NCBI GenBank assembly: GCA_010093605.1
Contig: MU004189.1
Span: 1,867,834 to 1,931,833 of the forward strand
DNA from: Lophium mytilinum
Lineage: Eukaryota
Length of the DNA stretch: 64,000 bases
Direction of reading: 5' to 3'
The translations under genes and the position numbers were made by a program. Every line of letters begins with the position of its first letter. Position 1 is the stretch's first letter. The notes beneath the pieces were generated by a model that was not told where the DNA came from, ran no database searches, and was given only the letters and a program-made list of their open reading frames with translations. Below are positions 24,689-37,300 of the stretch, in pieces.

Positions 24689-25508
24689 TTGACCATGCTG
24701 GGTTAAAAATACCCGACGTAATCCGGATCCGGCGCAGCGGGGCGGAGGAGGGGTAGGAAGATCTATTGCACCCCTCGGACATCAGTCTGGAACGCTGCGA
24801 GGTGGATGTGAAGCTCGTCGCTAGAATTCCAAGGCCAGCTTGGATGTTCTGGTGATGAACTCACACTTCCCGAAGCTGTGACAATGACGAGTACTCCAAT
24901 CCAAAACGATGGGAAGACCGGGAAGACTGTTGACTTTGCGAGAGAGAATTCCTGCCCGCCATGCTGAAGCATACTTGACCTAAAGGTAGCGACTGCCTTT
25001 GTCCAGCAGCGACTGCTAGCTCATGTAACGTTGATGCTGGTGTTTCGACTGCCATTACGTTTCTAGCGGTCGTTGGTTCGCATGTGCCGGATGCAGCTAG
25101 TTGAAGCTGCCCGTCGTTCGGACATCACGAAGACCCTGAAAACATGCGAGACTGGTAGCGACTGTCTCATCATCAGGGTCTCGGTTGACGTGCTGGTGAT
25201 GGCCATCGGGAAGCCGTATCAAGGTTGCGTCGGGCCGTAAGCCACGAACACGTGATCTCAACCTCATGTCTTGGCGGTGAACGGCGACGGGAAGCGTTGG
25301 GCAGGGCGAGGGCGTGGTGGTACCTAGAAGGTTCTTGACTGCTTTAGGACACTATACAGAATCGTAAAAAGGTCTCTATGCGCCGATTGCCTGAGACCGA
25401 ACACCTAATACTCACACGGACCTCGAAGCACGGTTTCATAAGGCAGACGCGACGCGATGTTGTGATTTGCAGGACGCGTTCCCTGATGCAGTCATGGTCA
25501 AGCAAGGC
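24689..25508 (+). ncRNA. Candidate large structured non-coding RNA (identity unknown; telomerase-RNA-like 3' features)
   Basis: No coding frame; >12 mutually compatible helices, several needing G-U pairs on the + strand; terminal stem 24689-24700/25489-25501; ATAAGT at 25509-25514. Confidence 0.55.
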
Positions 25509-25714
25509 ATAAGTCACAAGCAGAAGAACAGAGGTTGATGTGGCAAGCGGATGATGGATTATTTGGTATCATTGTTCCATGATCCCGTCCCGAAAACTCC
25601 AAAGCCTATGATACAGCAGGCTAGCAAATCCCCATTGACCCAACCCATCCAGCTCCGCCTTGGACCCGAAGGCAGGCAAGTCATAACATTGAAAACATGA
25701 AGTAGAGAAAGCAA

Positions 25715-26161
<447 letters not shown>

Positions 26162-26636
26162 GATGATAGAGGTAGTGTGGAGTGAGGAGTCTTAGAGACT
26201 TGAAGTTGCTGGACGGTGATGGAGTTGTGGAGAGCGGTGGTTGTTGTTGAGCTGATGGTGTTGGAAGAGAGGAGGGGAGGGCGGTACTTGAAGAGGCGAG
26301 GGCCACGGCGGATCAACTTCGGATCACCAGTGGCCGGCTGGCACCTCGCGTATCGAAGTTGCAAAGTTGCCCGTGCGCCAGCAAACTCGCCTGCCCGAGT
26401 TTTGATGTTCCTGCGCGCGCTTTCCAGCGCTGCCACGGCCCGCCTGGAAACGCGCTAAAAATCACAACAAGCTGTGATCCAGTAGGCAGCTGCCGCCCCC
26501 GCCGTGCCCATAAGTACTCCGCCCGCCCACCTCGCTCCTCTTTCTTTCATCATCATCCACCAACCACCACTCCACAACAACTTCTCCATCAACTCAACAC
26601 CACAACCCATCTCTACAAGTCTCATCATCATTCGAG

Positions 26637-27277
<641 letters not shown>

Positions 27278-28836
27278 ATGGTTTCTCGGTGACCATCCGC
27301 CTTTGTTCCTGTCGACAACTTCTCTCAACATGGCAGGATATCTACGGTGATGGCAATGGTTGGGGATTGTTTTGGCGTTTGGGATTGAGGCTTATCAACG
27401 ACGGCTCTGGGGTTATGGGTCTTTCACGGTTCACTCAAGGGTGATACCAATGGTTATGCGATGTACATTACCCATAATCAGTCTACACTGGAATCATATG
27501 ACGAAAGTCATTAACTATACTCTGTTCTCTTTGCGATTGTGACTGCTCTTGAATTTGACTACCGTCTAATGTGAGCCTTGTTTGAGAATATGGCGACCCA
27601 GCCTCTCGGTCGCAATATATCCCGGGATTCCACGTCGTGACCTTGCCATCGCTATTTTCATACGCATCACGTTCGACGTTCTAATGCCTACCTCCCCTTG
27701 TTATCCATACATTGAAGAATGTCATGACTATCATGAGTATATCTCGTGATACGTCTCGTACCAACTCCACGCAACATCTCAGAGTCATCAATCTTTGCCA
27801 CCCAACCCCTCTATGTAGCCTAGATTGCGAAGGATCGAATGTCTTACTTGCGCTTCTCTATTATGAGTCACCACTTCATCACTCTTGTTGCGTTTGACCC
27901 GGTGATTAGAGGCTGAGAGGCAGAAGGCGGAAGTCCTGCGCAAATTTCGATGAGAACCTTGTGGAACATGCTGTCGCGATCTGGAAAATCCACAGGGATT
28001 GGGAGCTGTTCTTGGGCACGAGTTGGATCCTTTCAAATGCTTATGGGTCGTGTAGTAGAGGAAGCTGTGAAGTCGGAGGTGTACAGAGGTCATGAAGCGG
28101 CGGGATGAAAGTCCAATTTATGACGGTGAATAGTTGGCTCATATTCAGGTAACGGAGAATTTAGAGCATTCATGGTGAGGTTTGATGACGGTACGTGTGT
28201 CTAGGCTATAAGGTGATTACATATAAGAGATTCCTACCCAGCCTTCGACGCTGCATCCTCGTCTCAGCAATCGCCTCCAGGCTGCGAAGCTGGCTACACG
28301 TCTCCTACTAGCCCTTGCGTTTCTAAAGTAACTTGTTTAGCTGTGTTTCATTGTCGTGGACTGCTTTCTGCTATGATGATGGCAGCTGGTGATGAAGATG
28401 CAACTGGAATGGGTACATTTTTGAATCAACGCTATCGCTATGGACAAAGTGCACAGAGACTTTGAAACGATCTCAAGACGTGACAGAAGAAGTTTTTTCT
28501 TTTCGAGAAGTTGTAATATATGACATAGAGGAAATCGCGTGGACTTTTCCACCCACACTCTACAGAAAAGGATGCGCTGATGATTAGAGAACTATTGAAG
28601 ATATTCTCTGGCTTCGAATGCCGCCTTAGACAAACGAGCAGACCGGTAAATCGTTGACAAGCAGTAGGCAGGCGGCGCATACCTTTGCATGATGGAGAAA
28701 TAGTACCTCAAAGCTTCAACTTCCTCGGACCGATCTAGCACCCCGCTATGACGCGACGCTCACCCGGAGGGCCTTCCGTATGTAAAGTGAGAGAACCGTA
28801 GCTTTCAAATGCATCTATCCTGCATAATAGCACGAA

Positions 28837-29464
28837 ATGACTATCCAACAAGAACTCAATTCGCTGTGGGCGCCTACCAAGGTGGAAACTGGTCCAGTGC
28901 CAGCTCTTGGACAGCAGGCTCCGTCTACGGAGAGGCTGCCAATCCTAAGTTTCGGTGGTAAACCGACCGTGGTGACATTCCTGAGGCATTGCGGCTGTCC
29001 TTGTGAGTGCTACTGGGATGATGATAATGCGATGGTTGCGCTGACGTTCTACAGTCGCGGAAAAGACCTTCATCTCTTTGCGCAAGACCGCAGAAGATCA
29101 TCCAGATATGCGGTTCATCGCAGTATCGCACAGTGACCGGGAGTCTACGGACAAATGGCTGCGGGCTGTAGGAGGCGCTGATCAGGTCAGTGTCATTGTG
29201 GATTCAGATAGAGAGCTGTTCGGGCGCTGGGGCCTTGGAGTTTCCGGCTACTGGCATATGATGCATCCTGCTAGTATGTGGACGGCCGTTCGCTTGGGAA
29301 GGGAGGAGAATATCTGGAACAGGCCTACGGAGAGTGGGTCGAGATGGCAGACTTCTGGGAGCTTCGCTGTGGATGGAGAGGGGAAGGTGAAATGGGGAGG
29401 GGCAGCGCCACGGGCGGATTACATCCCTTCGTTTGAGGAGGCCGTGGAGTCAGTCTCGAAGTAG
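28837..29464 (+). CDS. Peroxiredoxin-like 2 / AhpC-TSA_2 thioredoxin-fold protein
   Basis: VVTFLRHCGCP|FAEKTF motif across an intron (~29003-29054); C-terminal GSRWQTSGSFAVD. Confidence 0.82.
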
Positions 29465-29621
29465 TCTAAATGTAAATTGGTCTAAGTCACTGATGGGAAA
29501 CGGCGAATTTGGGAATCTGCAGACTCGAAGTCATGTGTTGACGTGCAAGGGACGGCTTGGCCTGATTTGTAGGCGCGTTCTTCAATGACGCCCACTCCTC
29601 AGCATCAACGACCAGCATGGC

Positions 29622-31260
29622 ATGGCGCTCTCCGCAGCAACCGTGTTGATCAAAGGCTCGCAGAGCGACTATGGATCCGACTTTGACACGGAAGACGAAA
29701 GCACCCTCAGCGAACTGCTCTCCGAGCTCGAGGCCAACGCGCCGAAGCGCCTCCTTGTTGAGAGCATAGAAGATGAAGCCATCACTTCGCCCACGCGCGA
29801 TCTTGTCATGCCAAAGGGCCGGAAACAGAAGACCCCACATGGAGAATATGGGGAAGACGTCTTGGATGAAGACTTGCGTCGGCGTAGACTACGCAGCCCT
29901 TCTGTCGAGGTCGAATACGCAGAGCACTCGCGGACGTCTTTCGGTAGTAAGACACGCCTTCCTCATGATCTGTATCTATGGCTATGAACTGACTTGCTGA
30001 CAGCATTTAGTGGCGCGAGAAGAGTCGCCAGGACTACAGCGTTCTGCATCAGTTGAGCCTGAGTCGAAACCCGCCGGTGAAGATACCCGTTCCCCTCTCC
30101 AAAGATTCCGGACGAAACCCAAGAAGCCTCTGTCGGTGACCGATTTGGTCTCCCCAGCATGGTGTGAATTGCAGTACTGGTACAACCTGACAAAGTTTGG
30201 GCGCAAAAGGACCACTCCTGCAATGAAACAAGGGTCTGCGGTACACAAGGTGCTGGAAGAGCAGGTTCATGAGATTGTCCAAGTACGGCCACAAACTAAA
30301 GAAGATGTGTGGGGTCTCAAAATCTGGAATGTTATACAAGGGCTTCGCACTCTAAGAGCTACTGGTCTGACCCGCGAACTGGAGATATGGGGTGTGATAG
30401 ACGGGCAGATTGTCAATGGTATAATCGATGAGATTTCGTACTCTTGCCCGGACCAGGAGTTTGAGGAGAAGCTGGAGAAATCCAAAGCAGAGGCAGAGAA
30501 CCGCGCAAAGGCTACCCTTCCGTCCAACCAGACATCTATTGCGGATTTTCTACATAAACCCAACACCCCCAATCAAGAGTCCGGCCCGTGGCTCGGGAAC
30601 CCGACTCCACAGCGAAAGGTGTACCTTACCGACGTCAAAACGCGCGGCAGCAAATACGTACCCAAAGGCGTGTCTCTTCGTCCTACCTTCTACCAGCTGA
30701 TGCTCTATCGGATGCTGCTTGACGCCCTAGCAGCTAACACTGTTCCTGCGGACGTTATTTTCGCTCGATACAGCGTAATGCCTTTGAAACCGTTCACGCC
30801 TGCTTTCATCGAGGAGATTGAAGACCTTGACTCTTGGAAGGAGAATATACCATCGACCGACGATCTTTCAGACGTATCACGGGAATTCTACCATGAATTG
30901 AAGGTCCATAACAACGTCACAGCCCTCTGGAGCCTCATGGTCACCGAATTCGGTCTCGCAATGTCTGGGTCAGCTTCGATCAGCGACGTCCTGCATGCCG
31001 AATTTCGATGGTCCAAGACTGGAGAGATTATCGGGAGCGAACTCTTCGCATATGACGACGTCGTGCTGCAAAAGTACGTGGGCGAAGAGATGGAATGGTG
31101 GAAAGGGGAACGAGAAGCTAAGGGCGTTGACATTGAGGAGGCTTTCAAGTGTCGGATATGCGAGTTCGCGGACGAATGCACATGGCGGAAGACAAAGATC
31201 GAAGAGGCTATGGAGAAGCACAGGCTCAGGATGGCTGCAAGGGCTAAGTCTGCTGTGTGA
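29622..31260 (+). CDS. EXO5: Exonuclease V (Exo5/Dem1 family)
   Basis: SDYGSDFD N-terminus; LSVTDLVSPAWCELQY, GSAVHKVLE, GIIDE, DVKTR, QLMLY and C-terminal CRICEFADEC Fe-S cysteines; one intron ending 30010. Confidence 0.93.
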
Positions 31261-31975
31261 ATGGTGGGATGAGCGAAGCCATGCCGGTATCCCTTTGACT
31301 GGGGAGTTGTACTGTACGTAGCGAGCTCAGAGGGCTGGCGCCTACACTGCTTGATCACGACCATGGAACGGCCGCTATGGAGTCATCCTCACGCTTCGCT
31401 TGGGTCTGGAGCATTGCCTGGCAAGGAAGTCTAGTCTTATATACGATGAGGTCCTTTGCTTCATGATATAGCTGTATACTACTGCATTTCAATGTGGCCA
31501 ACACATCTTTAATCGCTATATTAACCTCGGTAACCACAATCAGAACGCATTCGTATTAGAGCTTCGTCTTCAGAGGCAACCTTCCGCATACCATGGCCTG
31601 ATGTTCTGGCTAAGGCGATATCAGCACCCCACCCAGTCCATCTCGCGGCGCGCTGTTCCAGTCAGATCACGTTCCCACCGTGTGGCAATCCAGGTGGGCG
31701 GCTAACCGAAACCTGGGGCCGACGTGCGGGCCTGCGGGGCTTCCTAAGCTTCATTGGAACATCATCAGCCTCAACCGTAGCCCCGATCCAGACCATCGCG
31801 CCTCGGAGCGTGACTGCCGCTAGTCCGAGTGTTTGCCGACGTCACTTCATAACGCACTGCTGCTTCTTCTCTTTGAACCCCGTCATCGGTCTTGCTCCAT
31901 CTCACTTTCATCAATCCCGCGTGTCCGGATCTCGAACAAAGCTACTTACGACAATTTGACTTCGATTGATGAATT

Positions 31976-34311
31976 ATGGCACAGTATATACAGGATCAGG
32001 TCTACCAAGACTCATTAGAGAACCCTGAGGAGTTTTGGAGCCGGCAGGCCAGCCAGCTAGCATGGCATCGGAAACCCACTAAGGCATTCCAGCGAACGAC
32101 GAAGAAACTCAAGAGCGGCGTTACACATGACCATTGGAGCTGGTTCCCCGGTGGGAAGATTTCAACAACATACAATTGTGTTGACAGACACGTCCTCAAC
32201 GGCAATGGCGACAAAGTTGCTATCTGTTGGGATAGTCCCGTGACTGGCTTGAAGGAGCAGTATACGTACAATGAGCTTCTCCATGAGGTGGAAACGCTCG
32301 CCGGGGTGCTGCGAGAGGAGGGCGTGAAGAAGTGTGACGTGGTTCTCATTTACAGTAAGATTCATTCGATACGCTATACAATATGTCAAAAAGAATCTGC
32401 TGACAGCCTTTGCAGTGCCCATGATCCCGGCAGCATTGTTTGCCATGCTCGCCATTGCTAGACTTGGAGCTATACACGCGGTAGTGTTTGGCGGCTTCTC
32501 CCCGCCATCTCTAGCCCAGCGGATGGAAGCCTCCAGGCCAAAAGCAATCATGACGGCCTCGTGTGGCATTGATGGAAGCAAGCCCCCGATGCCGTACAAG
32601 GGACTCATCCGAGAAGCCGTTGAGAAAAGTAGCTATAAGCCCCAAAAAATTATCATCTGGCAGCGCGAGCAGCTTCGATGGGACCCTATCAGCAGAGAAA
32701 CCGGGGAGAGGAATTGGAACAGACTGGTAAAGAGTGCAAGGAATAGGGGACTGAAGGCGGCCGCCGTGCCCGTGAAAAGCTCCGACGGTCTTTATATCAT
32801 CTATACTAGTGGTGCGTAACTACTATGAGGTTTGAAGTTTCAAGACTAATGAGAGCAACAGGAACCACTGGACTACCCAAAGGTGTTGTAAGAGAAGTTG
32901 GTGGGCACGCCGTTGGATTGAACTTTTCGATCAAGTATCTCTTCGGTGTTCACGGGCCTGGCGACGTAATGTTCTGTGCGTCTGATATTGGCTGGGTAGT
33001 AGGCCATTCTTACAGTAAGTAACATCCATTTCTTGATTTCAAACAGGTTCAAGGGCACTGCTAAATTAAGAATGTAGTTCTTTATGCTCCGCTCCTCGCT
33101 GGTGCGACGACTGTCCTATTCGAAGGCAAACCAGTCGGCACGCCAGATGCCAGTACCTTCTGGCGGATCATCGAAGAGTACAAAGTGACTACCATGTCCA
33201 CTGCGCCGACAGCTTTGCGTGCAATCCGAAGGGAAGATGGCGACAACGACTATTTCGAGCAGATATACGGTAGCCGGGGCGGTCTTCGAACACTGCGAGC
33301 GCTGTTCCTGGCCGGCGAGCGTAGCGAGCCAAGCATAGTTCAGATGTACGGAGAACTACTCAAAAGACATTGTGCTGGTGGAGCCGTCGTAGTGGACAAT
33401 TGGTGGTCCTCGGAATCTGGCAGCCCCATTTCCGGAATAGCTCTGAGCGCGGCCGCGGGAAAGGATTTTACCAGCAATCACCGCCATGCTCCACTGCCCA
33501 TCAAGCCGGGCTCGGCTGGAAAGGCAATGCCAGGGTTCGACGTGCGCGTAGTCGACGACGAGGGGGAAGAGGTTAAGCGCGGGACCATGGGCAATGTTGT
33601 AATGGCGATCCCTCTGGCCCCAACGGCTTTTACAACGCTTTGGGAGGACGAGGATCGCTTTTACCGCGGCTATCTTAAAAGGTTCAATGGTAGATGGCTC
33701 GATACAGGTGACGCGGGCATGATCGACGAGGACGGTTACATTTCCATCATGGCACGGTCAGACGATATCATCAACGTTGCGGCTCACCGGTTCAGCACAG
33801 GCAAGCATTCACATGAAGGCCAAACATGACTCGAGACTCGGTTGTTAACAGTTTTCTAGGTGCCATTGAGCAAGCAGTGACTTCGCACCCTGATATCGCA
33901 GAGTGCGCAGTGGTCGGTATTCCAGATGCACTGAAAGGGCACCTTCCCTTTGCGTTTGTGACGCTATCCACGCACCATCACCCTCATCCAGCCGTGCCTG
34001 ACGATAAGCTCTTCAAGGAGGTCCAGCAGAAGGTCCGCGAGCAGATTGGCGCGATTGCGAGCTTGGGGGGCATGATACAGGGCAAGGGCATGATCCCAAA
34101 GACAAGGAGCGGGAAGACGCTACGCCGGGTGCTTAAAGAGCTGGTGGAGAACGCGACGCACGATGAATTTGCTAAGGAAGTGCAGGTCCCGACGACGATT
34201 GAGGACATCGACGCCGTTGAGGTGGCCCGGGCGAAGATCAGGGAGTATTTCACGCACAAGGGCAGCGAGAAGCACAGAGCTCCCGAGGCGAGGGCCAAGG
34301 CAAAGCTGTGA
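31976..34311 (+). CDS. Propionyl-CoA synthetase-like short-chain acyl-CoA synthetase (ACSS3/PrpE type), C-terminal AKL
   Basis: YTSG|TTGLPKG AMP-binding motif, SDIGWVVGHSY, DNWWSSESG, DTGD and PKTRSGKTLRR; 4 introns. Confidence 0.92.
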
Positions 34312-37300
34312 GCAGACTGTGGTGTCAGATTCCTCAAAGGATTTTTTTTTAATCTTGAATTTTATCCATGGTTGGGATTGGTGACCCGTGTGCTTGGGAC
34401 CTGCGGAACCGGTTCGAGCCCGTGCTGTTGTTCCACGCCCGCCCGTCTCCTGCCTGTCATATCGCTGATCGTAGAACGTGGGCCAGGAGTGGTGAGTACC
34501 CCACTCTAACGGTTTGGGCGTGCTGTGGTGTTTATGATAGGCGCTGGTGCGGCCCGCAACGTACGACAAGTCCAAGGGGGGAGGTGAATAGTCAGAGTAG
34601 GAAAGCAGGCGTCTCACTTGCGTCTTGCTGCCGGGCTTGGTGCAGCCGGCTCAATTCTTTCATCTCAATGTTTGTCGCAACGGGCCGCCTCCCGCTTGGG
34701 CAGCAGCATTTGCATGCGGGGTCTCGCACAAGTCTGTTCACAAAATTGCAGCGTGGCAGAATAATGCCGTTTGAGGTAGCTCGGCAAGTTATCCAAACCG
34801 CTAAACTGGTGTCATTAAGGCTGCCAGTGGTGAGGTGTTGAGGCACGTTAGGCCGGTCGGAACACTGCAACGGACGAAGTCGCCGGGAGACTTTCAAGCT
34901 TCCAAAGTATATTTCTAGCGCTACGGTACATGATTTCGACCTGTCAGACTGCAGGCTCCCCTGGTAAATTACCGTTTGGCATGCAAGCACTGCATTACGC
35001 ACGAATAATACGAACACCTTCGTTTGACACTCGAGTCCTCCGGTACGCGTCAGGCTGGCGCCCCACTATCTTCACGTGTTCATCGTGTGCTGCGGGGGGC
35101 ACTTGGCGTGCTGCATGCGTGAGCTGTTCGCTCCCTACTGCGCGTTTGTGCAAGTGTATATGTATGGTTTGCTGGCGTGGCGTGGAGCTTGTACTGATAC
35201 TTTGCGGGAGCGTGGCTTGCAATGGCAGATCAAGTACTGGGTACGGGCACCGTTCCTAGCAGACAAGGGACATGTTTGGAGACAACTCTGCTCTTCTCCG
35301 CAGCTGCAGCAGCAGGGGAGGCTGCGGGTCTTGATAGCCGCGGAAAGCGTCTGTGTGAAGTGTGTCTTGGAAACGCGCACAGTCAACGGGAGGGGAACAT
35401 GCCGTGGCTTGTCTCCAGAGGGCACAGTGCTCCTCTGCATCCTTCCGTTCCAGGGTGGTGTCTGGGGTTGTTTCGAATGGTGAGCCACCTGCGTCCATCA
35501 CCACCCCCCACTCTATCGCGAGTTCTGGTGTTGCTCGATGCACCAGCAGCTGTAAGACACCTATATCAACACTACTCTCCAAGCGTCGGCCATCGAATCA
35601 TTCTAGAATCATGGACACCACCCACACATTGCCGGTCGGTGCCCGTCGGCGCGCTAGACAGGCCCGCAATCGACGGCTCACGTCTCATGCATTCGGAAGC
35701 TCGCCGCGCTCCCGCAGCGGTGGCAGAGGCACGAGCTCACAGCGCCGACGGGCACCGGGCTGCTGCTTTACGAATCAGCTACGGATGGGGAGGGCGGCCC
35801 GTGGTGAGGCTTCGGCGCACATGCTGAATCGTGTTGGCTCCATCCTAGCGCTGTCCCGGGCACAGGTTAAGGTGATCCCGCCGATTCCATGGCCGTGTGG
35901 GGCGCCGCTGCTCGCCATACCGCACCCGGACCGTGAACTTCGCCGCTGCGGCATCCAGTCGGCTGCATCAGCCTTGCTGCCATGCCGTACTTCCTGTGTG
36001 CGAGGGAGGCCGCTCGCAATCAACCGTAGCATCGCCGAGTGCCAGCGACGTGTGCCAGAGAGTTGTGCCAGCGAGTCTTGCCGTATCAACATAGTGTGCG
36101 GCGTTGCGCTGCCTCCTAACCGCACAACAACCCAGTGTGGACAGACTTACATACAAAAGGCGGCTGCACCGTGACGACCTGCAAGGCCTGGCGCCGCGGC
36201 AGAAACCGGCGACGAATTCCCGGGGGGCTATCACGATCCGTTCCGTGCGAAGATGTGATGCGCCATGGAAGGCGTGCGCGATGCTTTTGGTGTCGTGGAT
36301 TCAAAAGAAGTGAGATAGAGATGCTGATACGACGAACAGAACGCAGTGGCTCAGATCTGCCGAGCCGTGATATTGACTTTGGCACCACGGCCTGAGGCCT
36401 GCTGAGACGGATTCCCTGATTGATTCGGGAGGACTCACAGTCAAATTAGACCGTGCCCCTGACGACGGCCTTTGCAGCTGTGGGGAAGTGCGATTCGGGA
36501 CATAGCCGTCGGGCGTTCGCGAAACACGGCCTCTCTCGTCAATCAGGCTGCTGCCGGCTGTGGAGCAAGCAGACCCAGCGGATGCAGTGCTCGATGAGTG
36601 TGGCCGTGTATGGCCATGTATGCAGCCGCGCTGAGCACCGGCGTCGGCTACAAGGCTGCTCAGACGCCTGGACAAGGGACTTTGCGGTGCCGCGAGCGGG
36701 GCGGCCAGCGAGTCGAGTGCTTGAATCAGGCGCGGACTGGAGATGTTGTCGGGCGAGACAGCGATCTGACTCTCTGTATCGGTGTGTGGAACCGCCAGCA
36801 CGCCTAGAACCACCCGTCCTGCTGTCGCGACGAAATCGCTGGGAGTCTGGAGTCTGGAGTCTGTAGGGCAGCCGGAGAGTTTTAGACGACACCGACCGGG
36901 CGATGAAAGCGGTTAAAGTGCTGCCTACATTTTAGACGGCTCACAGGAGGGGCACACTCGAATTCAGCAACTGCGTAAGGAATGTTACCAAGCGATACGG
37001 TAGTCATTTTTAGCGGTACGAGGAGCACGTGACAGAGAGGCTTCTTAGTAATCAGACCCCTTAGCTCGCGCAGGCTCAATAGGGTAAGGAAGAAACACTA
37101 GTCCCCACAAGGTGATCGTTCTGGGCTATGCTATTGCTCTCTACTGCATATCCACACACTTATAGCTCCCGTGGTCGAGGAAAAGGCCCTGAGGCTGGCT
37201 CCACGGCGTCGAGACTGAGGCTATCATACGATATATGCCCCTCTACCTGAGCGTAACTAGTCAGCAGTCTACTGGCTAGACGCACAGCAGACTTTATTGG

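Noticed and set aside
24601..24696. In-frame upstream ATG extending the HAD ORF to 313 aa
   Set aside because: HAD motif I normally lies near the N-terminus; the extension looks like UTR, so ATG 24600 is preferred (not proven)
24763..25132. U1 snRNA-like words (ATTGCAC 24765, ATACTTGACCT 24971, ATCACGAAG 25124)
   Set aside because: Wrong order and spacing, imperfect 5' end and no Sm site
25131..25181. Minus-strand CTGATGA followed by a stem, suggesting a hammerhead ribozyme
   Set aside because: No GAAA after stem II and no stem III/cleavage triplet
27700..28700. Short ORFs downstream of H3
   Set aside because: Multiple stops and no recognisable homology
34405..34425. GGTTCGAGCCC resembling a tRNA T-loop / B-box
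   Set aside because: T-stem does not pair fully and no acceptor, D or anticodon arms can be built
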